DNA of 63,098 nucleotides, filler included, from Phoronis australis (lineage: Eukaryota > Animalia > Phoronida), in the NCBI GenBank assembly GCA_002633005.1. It is 4 parts of 4 records of this genome, joined end to end, with 100 filler letters (N's around TTAATTAATTAA, not from the genome) between each part and the next. Parts side by side here need not be neighbours in the genome. Positions count along the whole stretch, not along the records: positions 1 to 25,835 come from NMRA01001340.1; 3 more parts are not named here. One strand, given 5' to 3'. The notes beneath the pieces were generated by a model. The model saw only the letters and a list, made by a program, of their open reading frames with translations. It did no database searches and was not told where the DNA came from. Each line of letters begins with the position of its first letter. Positions within the stretch are counted from its first letter, which is position 1. Positions 10,401-24,500 of this stretch are shown here, piece after piece. Position numbers and translations under genes: made by a program.

Positions 10401-13400
10401 CTGAATTCAAACATCTTTCTGACTTAGTGTAAACATGGCTGATTTTTCGAATTTGGTTTTAACAACGATGTAATGTCAGTGATTGTGTAGGCTTGATTCA
10501 TACCTTTATGTTAATAAATGTATCATGAATAAACCTCATGAAGTTAATACGGCTAAACGTGGACGAATAATCCAAAACTACCATGGAGCCTGGAAAATAT
10601 CAAGTAATCAATGTTACGTGGGATGATACAAACGTCTGTGACATGTAGGTATGGGGAAGACTCTGCTTGAATGCACCATTTATGTGTAGAAACAATTACT
10701 GACTATGTTCACTGAGAGCATCCTTAGAAATGAAATAATACCCATTTGAATGTAAATAGTCCACGTGAACGAAATAGTCCTTGTTTGAGGCAATTTAAAA
10801 AGGTATCGATAGGTTAACAGGGCACCTAATTGCGCTGTTTTACCATTGAGAGTGCTGTGTGTCTTCAATGTTCAGATGCAAGTATCCTTCAAAGGCCAAA
10901 GTCAAGTCATTTTATTTGTAGTCTGTTAAGTGAAACAAGAGGAAAAACATTAGCGTATTTGACAGCACCAAGGATGAGCAATGTCTGTACAGTAATATAT
11001 GCAAGATGGTTGGCCTTGGGTAGACCTACATGTATTTCTAAATTTAAAGGTTCCTTGAGTGAGGCTTTTCATAGTGACGCTGGTGGTGAAGGCAACGGTT
11101 GTGCTTAGTGTCATCGCTTACCACAGATGTCGCAACAGTGACCAACCGGCTTGAACGGCTGTGTGCACTGATGATCGTCGCATGCCAGATTCTTCTTCAT
11201 GTTGTTACAAATCTGTTGCAGCCGCTGAAGCGAGAGATGAGCTCGAAATGAGCGGATCTGTTGAACGCATAGAACTGTACTGGTGTATCCGACGTACGGG
11301 GGGGGGGCGCTCAACAGGGGCTATGCCGGACCCCTCTTGCATTGCAAGGCAAGCCATCCCACTGGTCGAAACTTATTCCAATTTTGCATTTGCTTCCTCA
11401 ATTCATTGCAAATTTCGCCCCCGCCCCCCTCCGTTGCCTCTCATTTGATCAATTCTCCCGGTCGTCTGAGTAATGCCCCGTTTAGCATGGCTACACCAGT
11501 GCACATGAAACAATTTATATTTTTAAAGTCAGAGGAAAGAGGGGCACACTCTCGGAAGCACGGTATACCAGTGCCACGTACCAATAACACTGTAGGCCTA
11601 CAAGGACATGGAGTCCAGCCGGCCTCACGAATGCTCGGCGTTCCGCCAGTTCGGGTACTGCGAGTAAGTTTGTGAGTCACTGAACTGTGAGTCCAGCACG
11701 TTTCAAGCGGTCGGTGAGCCGTGTTTGGGAGTTCGAGCACTATTTTGTGAGTCTCAGAACTGTTAGCCACTTGAGTTGCGGCACCCCGTGTTGTTTCCGA
11801 CCCTGAGAGAAAATATTTTCGATAAAGGCAATTTATTAGGACTTTTGTATAAGTAGTTATGTAAAACAGAATCCAATCCAATTCTTGAATAGCAGTTGGT
11901 GGCCACTTACCCATCCGTTGTCATTTCCACTCATACATCCCGTGTTGTTATTGCAACTCCTTGGTACCACGCGAATTTTATGTTGAATGGCAGGCATCTG
12001 GGCACGACGGAACTGAGAAGAGCCTACCAGAGATTTGAAATAACTCTCCAAACCATCCGAGTCGTAATTCTGAAATCAAAACATGCGATGTAGGCCACGA
12101 TTTGGAGCGTCGTAAACTCTAATCCATAAAAGCTTTGTATTGATCAATGGGGTTGTCTTCATGTTCAATAATTCCGTAGATTTTTGTAACGAAGACGTTG
12201 AGACTTCATTGTATTAATTGCACGAGACTGAGAGATTTGTAAAGCGCTAATAAAACAGGTTGAAACTAAACTTGTAACGCAAAACGGAAGTTTTTTGAAG
12301 CCGCTTGTAAAACATGTTTTGTTGTCATAACGGACTGTCTACACAGCGCGTATTTGCGCGTCCTAAACAATGACACTTCTTCTCACCCTGTAACTTGGTT
12401 GCAATGTAATGCGAACAATTCCTCTGACGACCTTACTGCGCGCTTCATGTCGTGTGCATGTTATCTCGCAGCTTGTGTGCCATCTGTTAGTTCTAAAGAC
12501 TAGAAATCATTTCTTAACTGAGTCAAGAACAAGCGGCCGACTTTATGACACTGAGTGTCCTAAATCAAATGTTTTTTTTTTCCAAAGGCTCACGTGTCGT
12601 GTCCCTATGTATTGATGCAGGAAACGATAACTTATAAAAAATACCGATGTACCTGATTTCCGATTTTGAATGATCTGACGCTGATATCCTCTGGAAAGTT
12701 TATCCCCACGTAATAAGAGCTCTCCCCCGCAAAGATGACGTCATCCATGGCAGTGGGCACCATTTCAGAGTTTAAGAACAGCTCCCGATCCATACAGTCG
12801 GTGTCCAAATCGTGTTTAGGAATACACCAGTTATCCGGGTCCATCCATTCCAAATATTCGTTGCCGATGAATGTTATACCTCAAGGAGCAAAATAAGGGA
12901 AAAATCCAAGTCTGCTTTGACGTAAAATTGCGAAATTGCGGATAACAATCACAAATAACGTAGTCGTGAAGTTACGATCGAGTACGGGGGGGGGGGGGNA
13001 CTCGAGGTAGCTTACCGAAAATGTTAATTGAGAGTTGAATTTTCATCGGGCACATGACTAAACCTAGAATTTTTCCGCAGAGCAATGATCTAAGTCTCGC
13101 AATTCGAGTGATGTTTTAATTTGTTGAGTGGTGTTCGTGAATCTCAAACTAATACTCTGTGTTTTTGCACTTACAGTTTGTTACAGTATACGATACAGTT
13201 TGTAACAGAATACGATAATTAAAAGAAAACTCGTAGAACTAGCTGGAATAGGAGTTCATAATTCACCTCTGACTTTATCGCACCCCGTTCCTTCCGTCGA
13301 AGGGTGATCGTTGAAAACAAGAGTCAAGTCAGTATTCAGAAGAATCATTCCATTAGCAGGCAGGGTCTGTGAAATATAATATCTCGTAGTTATAATAGCA

Positions 13401-14746
13401 CCGTTACGTCCCTCTGACGTTTCGAACCCAGTCAAATAAAATTACAATTTAAACAACAAAAATAATTTGGCCGGATTCACGAAGCGCTGCAAAATATTAA
13501 GCTCTTTGATTGCTTGGCCATGGACCCGGTCAATCTTAATCTTTCCTCAAGTCCTCGGTAGCACACAATGGGTGCAACCGTTGTCCAAACACATAATTAT
13601 GTAAAAACTCCAAGCGCTAAGTTGTCCCTGTCAGTAGTTTGATGAACAGGAAAAAATCTGAGACCTGCACAATTTTGGAAAATGTGAAATGGATGTGGAC
13701 TTGTATTCCTATTTTTGGGTCCGAATCCCGTCAGACTAGTGGTAGATAGGCCACGTCATCACTAAACATCCGAATAAATGCTTCATTTGGCGCGCTCGTA
13801 CCTCCTGGTTGAACAAAGTTATAGAAAGCACGGTAAATAGGCAGAAACAATGATAAATCTACCTCGCAAAAGTAATAATCACTGACTTAGCGAGCATACA
13901 TGCGTGGTGTATTTGGGACGGAGGTGAAACTATATTTCGGTAACTGCTTATTGGTTAGCCTGGAAAATTTGTTATCAAAAAATGAAAACGATACGATGTT
14001 ATACATATCTAAAATGATAAGTATTTACCATTTGTTTGATCGTATAATCTTGGCCCACATAAACGACTGGGCACGTTGCAGGGAAATCAATCTCTTCATT
14101 CGGACAAGGCAATCGACTTCCCTCGTTCCAGTTGGCGGGGTTGTCAAAGTTAGTATCACGTGTCCATCGCTTGATCACAGCATCCGTGAGGTCTGAAAAC
14201 CAATGTTATGCTATAAATTATTAATGAAATTGAGTTCACCACTGAAATTCCGCAAAACAGTTGTCTTCTTATGGTTAATATTGTTCACATGAAATGTTAT
14301 TAATACAGTAGTTGTTATTTGACCACTAACAAAATGTCAATACTATTTGGCTTCCTAAAAATTTAGAAACTATACCCGGCGAAACGTTTGTAGGTGAAAC
14401 TGCACCTATATCTCATTCAAACAACTGGGGACGAAGTTGAAGAGTATGTGTGTGATGAAGGTCCAACTTCGTGTTGAGTAACTACTTGATAAAAACACAT
14501 AAAACACCCAGATTAATACAAGCGTGGTTGCATGACTTGTTATGTGCTTGTGTTTACCTGACGTAAAATGTAAAACTCGTTGCTATCATAAAGCCGGTGC
14601 AAATGAAGTTGAAAATGGTGCAGACATCATAGGCTACAATTGGCATTACATGTTTACGTAAATAATAATTTTGCACAATGAGCTGTCTTACCTGAAATGA
14701 ACAAGCACGAGAAAAAAACTACTTTCAGAATAGCAAATCTCCTCAT
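7455..14746 (-). CDS. AMN: Amnionless-like type I membrane protein, paralog A (multi-exon, essentially complete)
   Basis: GT-AG exons: 14692-14746 (signal peptide MRRFAILKVVFFSCLFIS), 14029-14192 (KRWTRDTNFDNPANWNEGSRLPC), 13267-13366 (TLPANGMILL), 12653-12879 (WMDPDNW...EMVPTAMDDVIF), 11911-12069 (CNNNTGCMSGN), 11122-11224 (C...PFKPVGHCCDIC, VWFC-like), probable ~10742-10825 (GALLTYRY; donor unresolved), 10049-10187 (YTGVKVIVSK), 8801-8974 (S/T/P stalk), 8025-8124 (TM helix), ~7455/7467-7623 (cytoplasmic GFDNPMF, an FxNPxF motif). Splice phases are consistent except around the ~10.8 kb exon. Motif order matches human AMN as I remember it. Confidence 0.88.
9018..9492. mobile_element. Non-autonomous DNA element (C..TGGCGGAT...ATC(T/C)GCC termini) with an internal tRNA-like segment; intronic in AMN paralog A
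   Basis: Clearly homologous, in inverted orientation, to 27951-28468 over about 450 bp. TTCAC occurs on both flanks (possible target-site duplication). Confidence 0.7.
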
Positions 14747-16728
14747 CTTACAAAAGTTCAACACGCCAATGCGAACTTGAACAGAAATGATCCTGCACCG
14801 GCAAATCGTAGGCAACTAATGGGCGTGTGGTGACTGACTCCACCGAGTTTTATGGTCTCATGTTCCAGGTAGTAACACTGATTGTAAGACGATAGCCTAT
14901 CTAAAGGAGTACTTGTTCACCATAAACTCTAAATCAAAGTCTCGGCATTAACATCTTGACACTTACACAGAATAAATGAATTTGATTTTGATTAAAAGTC
15001 ATGCGCGGACGTAGATGCCAGCGGGCATCATTTAAATCAATTAGTTTATTTGAATTGATCTACCCGAATTGTTGTTTTTAAGCCACTTACAGCGTCTATT
15101 TGTTGTTTGTTGATAGCATTGCTTATATCCAGGTGGACGGTTAGCGTAACCGTATAAAATTTGTGGTTTAGGGGGGAGGGTTAGATGAAAAATTGCCCGA
15201 ACCTGCCTGCGTCAAAACACCGAAAAACATGCTTATAAGAAGTACGGTTACTTGTTTTTACGTGAACATTTTGTATGCATGGTCCATCCACCCTCAGCTG
15301 TTGAAACTTGCTTGAGGTCCAATTCCCTGAAGTCATTAGATCATGGACACTTTAATTAGTGCTTTATTCAGTCTTGCACTGATTTTGAAGGTCCCTCAGT
15401 TAGGTTTCATTGAAATACAGACTTCCGGGAAGCCGGTTTGAATTAGCCTGTGTCCATTCCGTGCTCTCTCGTTAATGCTGTTACAATCCACGAACACGTC
15501 GCCTGCTGCCCCTGTTTAGCGGCCGGGTCAACTGAACATATGGGCGTCCTCGAATTTCTCTTGGAAGATGGTAAACAGATGATATTACTACATTTCCCTA
15601 AAAAGTAGATCTAAGTTCATTGTCGACCATTTTGTTGCATTATATCAAAAATAGGGCTTGTTTCCTCCCTTAAAGAATCAAATGACTGACGTAGCAACTT
15701 TTCTATGCAGGATATATAGTCCAGTAAAAGCATACACGACTGAAATGTGGTGTTATTTTACTGAGAGGATGAAGGTCGTGTCAGAATAACGCTACTCGGC
15801 ATTTGACACCCACTTTTTGATGGTGTCTGGCAACTGTGGTGGCTGGAGCTCAGTGCGCATACAGTAGTCACCTTTAGCGAAACTTGTCTTCACCTCTCCG
15901 GTTTACAATGGGTACATGGATAATACTGATCATCGTGATGTTGCCAGGTAAAGTTAACTGCGCCATAAATCGGTGATAAGCTCGACAGTGATGATTGAAG
16001 TTGTTGAGTGCCCGTGGTAGGCTAATCTGGTAATTGCGACTTCCATGACGCGGCCACAAACTTTAGGCCTACGTCTTGAGAACAGGACGTGACGGATGCC
16101 GCCGTCTTTACTTATTTATTGCCGTATTCAAACTACATATTTTCAGTGAGATATAAAAATATCATCTTCGAACCCTAAAAGTGTCAAAAAAGAGCATGCC
16201 AAAAATCACTGAAGTCACGGTGAAAGCTCACAGAGCCTTTCAAATCGCGAGTCTTCAAGTTTATAGGACTACCATCTTAAGAATAACAATAAAATTCCGA
16301 AAACGGACGAACACGTTTTGATATGGGCAAGCTGAAGCATGCGTACATACTGAGGGGCGTATTTAGGGGTGGGGGAGCAGGGGTATACCCACCCCCTCCA
16401 GTGCTGTTGTGGTAAAATTAGAGGTAAGTAGGCGCCCGAAGCCCACTGTATCACTTTGAGCACTGAACATAACTCACGGTGCGTTGGCGCTACGTTCAAA
16501 TTTCAAAAGGTGGTTGGCAGCGCCTACGCCCCACTACAGCACTGAACCCCTCTCATGGCTAGCAACAAAAAGAATAGTACAAAAGTGACACCCCATATGT
16601 GACCGTAAAAAATTTATGAAATTCATTATGTTGCAAATAAACGTGGTTGTGTACTTTTCTGCTACATGCCCCCATCATGATATCCTTGATCTGCCACTGC
16701 TCTCATGTCACTGCATCCTGGCATCCAG

Positions 16729-16825
16729 CACAGGCACCTGTATCAGCCCTCAATGATATACTGTAATAAAGAGAAAGTCTCTTTCTTTGGTGTATATAGT
16801 TGAGGGCTGATTAAAGGTGCCTGTG
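16729..16825. mobile_element. Small inverted-repeat element (MITE-like)
   Basis: CACAGGCACCTGTATCAGCCCTCAA...TTGAGGGCTGATTAAAGGTGCCTGTG form imperfect ~30-bp arms. Similar TGTCACTGC..CTGGCA direct repeats lie on both sides. Confidence 0.55.
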
Positions 16826-17619
16826 AGCCCAGTGTCACTGCTTTCTGGCAGTAATTGATTTCATTGGGGGCAATTTTTGCATAAATTACAGACTAGATCT
16901 TTGGAAATAAATTACATTGATAATTACCACTACTTATGAAATTGATTTGGGTTACTCAGGCTTCTGCAGTAATGTGCTAGTCCTTGTCATGAAAATTTTT
17001 AAGAAAATGTTGGTTTAATAAATACAGTGAAAATTGGTAAAATAGTGATGGTCAAGTCGATTTTGTATTTCATCTGGTGCAAGTTGCCAAAGAAACAAAT
17101 ATTTTCTTCTATCAAGTTGTTGTGGAGCAAGTCACAAATAAACGGGATTTCACTTTTTTATTACTAATTGGTACATAAATTTTCCGAATGAGGAAGTATA
17201 CTGTTCTGTAGTCTCCATAGGCTCTTTCTTACTGACTAACTCCGGTGTGAGCAGAGCGTTGACATAAACTGTGGAGTTAACTTATCGGTTCATGACGGCT
17301 TCATTGGCTACAATGGTTAGTTAACAGACATTGAAGTAAACGGTAGCTGATGCTGTTGTCATCGAAGTAATCGCATGGCAGCACTGATGCGTCGCGTGCA
17401 CGCTAAGTTTTTAAATGTGACAATTTGGGAACATATACATGTGCTAATTGACACAAAAATTGGTGATTATTCAAGCAAAATTTAAAGCAAAGTTCTATTA
17501 GTGATGACACTGCCCTTTAATTGTTTACAATAGCAGCGACCCCTGGCGATAACTTCACTTGGACCGAAGTTGACCGTTCATACTGCGCCGCAGTGTTGAC
17601 GCTCCGCTATCAAATCCAC

Positions 17620-17706
17620 ATGTTTACTGCGAAGTTAATTAGCGCTGTTAAATTTGATCTAGGACCGAAGTTAACCATTCATATTGACCGCAACTTCCCA
17701 AAACAG
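17620..17706. repeat. Interspersed repeat fragment, inverted homolog at ~58790-58877
   Basis: ATGTTTACTGCGAAGTTAATTAGCGCTGTTAAATTTGATC...CCGAAGTTAACC...ATTGACCGCAACT matches the reverse complement of 58790-58877. Confidence 0.65.
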
Positions 17707-18566
17707 TGATGTGTCGACATTAGTATGAAAGGGCCTCATATTACATAACTATCATACTCTAAATGAACTGTGTTTATTGGAGACCATTCTCATGTTCAAC
17801 TGAAAATGTGCTCAATACAGTGGTAGGTGTACTGCGGTAATGGTTTTAATGACTTTTAACCTCCCTCAAGAGGCACTACCATAGAAACAAAAAAACACTC
17901 TTCATTGAGTATACCTTTGTTGCTATTTTAATTTAAAAAGTGTAGATCTGCCCTTAAAATAAGTAACATTTTTTACTTTGGTGATTGTATCTTGTGTGAT
18001 GACCACTTGAGTAAGCTTGGTAAGAACTGAAGATCAGAGTATTTATAGTGAAAGAACTATTTGTGTATGTTTATACATCTTATTAAGCTAGCATCAGCCA
18101 GTTCCTTAGGTAGACTTCATGACTCAACTGACAATTCGCTATTTCTGAAAACCAAGCCCTATAAGTAAGCTTGTTAAGGTGAGTCATTGCATTTGCTAAG
18201 TGCAGTGAATTCAGGCAATCATTGAAGTTGCCTTTTCTTTCCATGTCCAGAAATTGTTTCTTATCAGAGTGAGGAATAAGTCGAGATTAATTTTGAAACT
18301 TTAAGTGTTGTCAATCAATTGTTAGTAAACTGCGCTTTGAAAGTTTGCGTGATTTATAGCTGGTTTAAATGGACATAATGACTTCACACCCCACAGCTTT
18401 GCTAATTATCTATGCTAGATTGTATTGTGTAGACGTTCTCACATCAACTTTTTTACAAGTGAACATATTTTTTGCTTATTAGCCTCAGTTGTAACAAGTT
18501 ATAGAATACATAGTTTCATTTTACTTTTTGCTGACATCATCATTTTCTTGCTACAATCCATTCTAG

Positions 18567-21500
18567 GTTGTTTTGGTTCTCATATAAAGCAGTGGCTGCC
18601 CAACATCAACTTGGACAATAGCGACAACTGGAACAAGAAGCGTCTGCCTTGTACTAATGATGTGCTCAAATTACTTGACCAAGATACTGCTGTCTACATG
18701 CAGGCTAATCTAACCATTAAGGAATTGGTATGACAACGTTTGCAAGTGTGGGAGGGGTTTTCTCCAAAAAGTTGATACCATTATATTTTTGTTAAAAAAA
18801 AACTTGCCCTCACCTTGATAATCATTAATGTAAAAAATACCCAGCTAAGTTACTCATTTCTCTTTTGTTACCGATGAATGCACTAAGGTCCTGGTTGGTA
18901 ATTTTTGAAAAAATATGTATATTAAAGCAAAGAACTCATCATATTTTCTCCATTTTTCATAATGTGTCAGTAAGATGCAGATTGTTTTAAAAATCTCGGT
19001 AATTTATACTTTCTTTTTTTTGATTAACTTTAATACCAGAAGTTAACTATCTTTGAGTCTGTTATGTTTTCGTAAAGAAATGAAAATCGTGTGATTATTT
19101 AATGATCATGTGAAAAGTTATGCTAAATAAATTTGATGCCATTTGTTGGTTTCCTTTGTTTCAGATCCTACCAATGACTGGTGAAGTGGTGCTGGGTGAT
19201 GATGTCATGTTGTCCTTCAGTGACGCCCCTGACCCCTCTCCTGGATGCACCCCGCAGGGTGAAGGTAGTATTCCATGCCACAGTTCCCCCTTGAGAGCGA
19301 ATGAAAGATGTAGGTTAGGTACATTAGGATTATTACATTGAATAAGAAAATTGGTGCAGGCTTCTAAGCCTTCATGTGGAGGAATATTATTGTGTAAGCT
19401 TATAACATCAAGAGTAACTAGGAGGACATTTTTATGTAAATTGCTGATGTTTTCAATTGTATTAAGAAAATGGTAAGTATCTTTAACATATAAAGGAAGG
19501 GTGGGGACAAATTGCTTAAGATGGTACTCGGCAAACTGAGAAATTTTTTCAGTAGGGCAGTTGTTGCTGGCTATAATCAGGCATCCAGGATTACCTTCTT
19601 TGTGGATTTTAGGAAGGAGATAAAAGCGACTAGGTTGAGCATCACTAGGAATGAGGTAGTTTTTGGTGTCTTTGTCAATGTGACCACAGTGGAAACATTC
19701 AAAATAGTTTTATAGTTATATTGCTGATATGCTTTGTGTTGGGGTTTTTATCTAAAAGTTAGTAGTATGTAGTGTCGTTTAGTTGCCGGAGAGCCTCCTC
19801 AATATGTTTCTGCTTATCCATTATAACAACTGCTGATCCTTTGTCAGCTGGTTTATGATTTCTTTGTTTTTAGCGAGATTGGTGAGGGCATCTTTTTCGG
19901 ACTTAGCAATATTTGTAGTTATGCTTTTTATAATTCAAGACATCATTAGTAATAGCTTCAATGTAACTTTCGAGGGCATGGTTGGGTGGATTCCAATAGT
20001 GTTTAGTTACGTAGATTTGGTCTTGTAGAGAATCATGTTTCATATTTGTACATGGAAATTTTAATCTCTAATGCAACTTCTTTGTTTCAGTGTTTCCATA
20101 CTTTAAAACTTATTTTTTGACGTTTTGGTATTACAGCTGGAGATTCATTCTAGATGTGGTTTTAAAAGACTGAAATGTTTTTAGGGAAATAATTAGTCAT
20201 TGTATGGACTTTGAATTACATTATTGTTACCCTTCACAGGGACTTTGGCAAGTGATGCGATGTTCTGTGTGACTGCTGACATGAGATGAGAAGTCAATTC
20301 CTAATTCCTTTAATTAAATGTTAAATCTTCCAGAGCTAGTGTTTGTTCGTCAGAAGCCCAAGTCATGGTTTAACCCCTACAATTGGTGTTCTGCTAACGA
20401 CACTGACCATCACTGTAGTGAACCGTATAATCAGCAAGACCTTTTGGACACGGAGCGCATCCCATGCCAGTATGACACGGCTTTCTTCCCACCTAACCAT
20501 GAGTTCTACGTTGATATAGGAGGAAGGGCCACTATTTCTGTAGGCAGTATAGTGTTTGGAAATGAGGTGAGACATTCAGGAAATTTAGATGCATGTAAGT
20601 ACAGGGCAAATGGTGATCGAATTATCACCGCTGGAACTTCTCACATGGTGGGTAACTTGTCCTTTTGTAGTGTTAGGCGTTTGGTTTCTATTGGTAGCAT
20701 GTATCCGTGTGTTGATTACCCAGGTATGTTACTTTGGTGAGATTTTGATAGAATTAGGCAACTCGTAAGCTAACACTATTTGCATGCAAGTAGACGAGAA
20801 TGCATGCATTTTTCACCCCTCAGTTTCCATCAAAGTTCTGGGCACATCAAAGGCTTGATGGTGCTATCACAGATTTAAGTGGGCTATTTGCTCTCCATGA
20901 GCTTGGTCGAATGTGTATTGGGTGCAATAATTACTGTCGTGACAATACACCTGTTAATCTTACAAGTTTCTACGTTTAAAAAAACTAACAATAAGTAAGG
21001 CAAACCTTTCAGCATGACTGTTTTTAAAATTGAAAAGTAAATATTAGCCGCCTACAAATGGTGCATTATTAGAGAAATTGGCGAATAACTTTTCTTCAGT
21101 AGTGCGGCTGACCTGCATGCATTAACTAACTTTTACAAAAGGACTCGTAGTTAGTCACTGGCTTGTAGGGTTGGCTTGACAAAAGGCCAAATGTTAGCAT
21201 ATAAGGGGCCTCATGAGTACAGCTACTGGCTTGTAGGGTTGGCTTGACAAAAGGCCAAGTGTTAACATATAAGTTGCCTTATGAGTACAGGTACAGCTTG
21301 CGCATGTAAAAGATGGCTGGAGGTTGTTTTTGCAAATAATTATCAAAAAACTAACAATGGATTGGACTTTACTTGTCAAGTTAGAACATGATGTCAGGGC
21401 AAGCATCAATTGAGATTCCTTGGGTCGGTACACGCCTATATTGCAAAATTATTGAAAGAAACAAGAAAGTGTTCCTATTTTATCTCCAATAAAATTTGCT

Positions 21501-24500
21501 ATTTTTATGATCTTATTTACACATGGCATCTGAAAATTTAAATATAGTGCATCATCTGGATTTATTGCAAAACTGTTACTTGGAAACCATGACTTGTGTT
21601 AAGTCTGAACAGGATTACTCCACCATTTTGCACACATTTGATGTTTTGAATTTAGCAAACAACACCAAATTCAGCCAGAAATAACAGGTATTGAAAATGA
21701 AAACAGTTTTTCTTAATGATTTGCAGTTCATAACTGTATTGGTAGATTGAGCTACTTCAGTAGTTTTTTAATAGTTATTAAATTCTGTTGGTTATTGGAT
21801 GCTAGAATTAAAAAAACATAATTACTCTCTACATCTTACTACCCAAAAGTAATTTTGAATATTTGGTACCAGTTAGGATGACAATAGGCCCTTTATCACA
21901 GTACCTGGAGTTTTACCATGGACTTGTTTTGTTTGGGGACAAGGGAGAAAGGTGTCTGTGGTAAGCACTGCCTGTTTGTGAAAAGATTCATTCCTGCACA
22001 TTTTAGGCATGTACTATTATAAAACCTATTCGTCATTGAGGATTGAACTCTTTCATTGTTTGAATGGCAAAAAAAGTTAGATAACTACCACAGGAATGCA
22101 TGACCTTTCTACTCTGAGGGTTTAGTGCAACAACCTGAGAGATCCAAACATGCATTCACCTTGCTCATTCCGTTAAAATCAAATAGCTGACCACCCTTTA
22201 TGGCTGTCCATCTAATTTGTTAGGTCTTGCGCTAAAATCATCATTTTTAATACAAGTGTTCTCTTGTCTAACAAATAAAACTAGTTATAGTTATCAAATG
22301 CACTTGTGCTGGTGTCATAATCTATTGAACATAATACAGCACAAATTATTGCTGTTAATGCCCCTTGTGTCAAACTGCAATATTTCTTAGCTCTTGCTTG
22401 AACTAATATGTTATGTAAATTGAGTGGAATACTTTTTCTTATGAACAGAAAAGAAACGTTTACAATTGCAGAGATATAGTGCCAGTGAAAGTTTCAGAAG
22501 TTTTCTCCAGTCCAGTAGTGGCCTAAAACAATTTACTGCCTCCAATGATACAACTAGAAGTAAGATGAAGATAGTGAGGGAGGGGTGCAATGATGTCACA
22601 GGCTGCAAGTGTGGGAACGATCATGAACTGGTAGGTGGAGCTGATATGGTAGATGATGTGCAGTGTCCACGTTAGATGTGTTACTTCTGTCTGTTTAGTT
22701 ATATTGGCCTGACGGTCACATCCCCTTCATGTCGTGAACACATCCACTAGCACAAGAAACTGTAGGAACACCACATTTATCCACCTTCACTCTTATCAGG
22801 CTTCTATTGTGAGTCAGCATGCGTGAATAATTGGCTGATAAGCCACCTCTAGAACTACTTTTGGCTGAATGGATGACCAGGCCATCAAATGATAATTAGC
22901 CAAGACCGGTTACTAATGCAACAAATAATAATGTCGTAGCATCACCTAGCCTTGGTGGAAAGCTGTATACTGTATTGGCTCTAATAAACGCTTAGAAAAA
23001 TTCATTTCACGGGGAGGGGATTCTTATTGTAGCCTACGGCAGTTGAAAGCTGGTTTCCCAAACGGGTAAAATCGGAAGCTAGGATTCATAAAATTTACGC
23101 TCTGTGACGTATTTTTAGCCTATGACAGTCTTTCTACAAAATTGTGGTGCATTGCTATGAACTTCCGTTGTTAAATTACGATAATTTTTCAAAAAATTGT
23201 GCTCATCACAGGNNNNNNNNNNNNNNNNNNNNNNNNNNNNNNNNNNNNNNNNNNNNNNNNNNNNNNNNNNNNNNNNNNNNNNNNNNNNNNNNNNNNNNNN
23301 NNNNNNNNNNNNNNNNNNNNNNNNNNNNNNNNNNNNNNNNNNNNNNNNNNNNNNNNNNNNNNNNNNNNNNNNNNNNNNNNNNNNNNNNNNNNNNNNNNNN
23401 NNNNNNNNNNNNNNNNNNNNNNNNNNNNNNNNNNNNNNNNNNNNNNNNNNNNNNNNNNNNNNNNNNNNNNNNNNNNNNNNNNNNNNNNNNNNNNNNNNNN
23501 NNNNNNNNNNNNNNNNNNNNNNNNNNNNNNNNNNNNNNNNNNNNNNNNNNNNNNNNNNNNNNNNNNNNNNNNNNNNNNNNNNNNNNNNNNNNNNNNNNNN
23601 NNNNNNNNNNNNNNNNNNNNNNNNNNNNNNNNNNNNNNNNNNNNNNNNNNNNNNNNNNNNNNNNNNNNNNNNNNNNNNNNNNNNNNNNNNNNNNNNNNNN
23701 NNNNNNNNNNNNNNNNNNNNNNNNNNNNNNNNNNNNNNNNNNNNNNNNNNNNNNNNNNNNNNNNNNNNNNNNNNNNNNNNNNNNNNNNNNNNNNNNNNNN
23801 NNNNNNNNNNNNNNNNNNNNNNNNNNNNNNNNNNNNNNNNNNNNNNNNNNNNNNNNNNNNNNNNNNNNNNNNNNNNNNNNNNNNNNNNNNNNNNAAACTT
23901 CCAACAGCCATCATCTCTTACTCGGGATAAGCGCGCTTCATGCTATCAGAGGGAAATGAAGTGTAATATTTATACTTGGGCCGAAGTTCTTCGAAAACAC
24001 TGCCAACTGAAATGGACATAGATATCTAAGCTTGGCCAGCTAAAGGCTGAAAGTAGTGCTTTCCCTTGTAGTGTAGCTTGGTCTTTAGTAACAGGCAGAG
24101 GGATGCCTATTGTTACCCATGCCTACAGTTTAAACATCTCCACAATAGCCCTTTATTATGAAAGTCAATGCAGGCACAATAGGGTAAGGTATACAAAATC
24201 AGATAAGAGATAATGATCCCCTATAGCAGTTCTGAACAGGCTGACCGATATGAGGTGAGTGCTGGTTAACTCACTGATTTTGTGTGCACAGGCCGACGGT
24301 CGTTAGCTCTACCGTGGAGTATTAATAGTCCAAGGCTCGATCTACATGTTGGGGACGAAGTGAACTACCCGGGCTGTGTGAAATTTATGGGTCTAACGGA
24401 GACACTGACACAGTGGTCAGCCAGCTCGCTGTATCAAGACTATAGTCAAAATCCAAATTCGTTTTATCGTGTCCCTGTCAATAATAACGGCATGCTAAAG

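Noticed and set aside
11283-11914. 130-157 aa ORFs between AMN exons
   Set aside because: They lie in an intron of paralog A, whose flanking exons splice in phase without them; no recognisable motifs.
23144-24021. Long ORFs spanning N runs (also at 28986-29330 and 30153-30781)
   Set aside because: Open only because of assembly gaps; only the KolX-like and THAP flanks near 30 kb have independent support.
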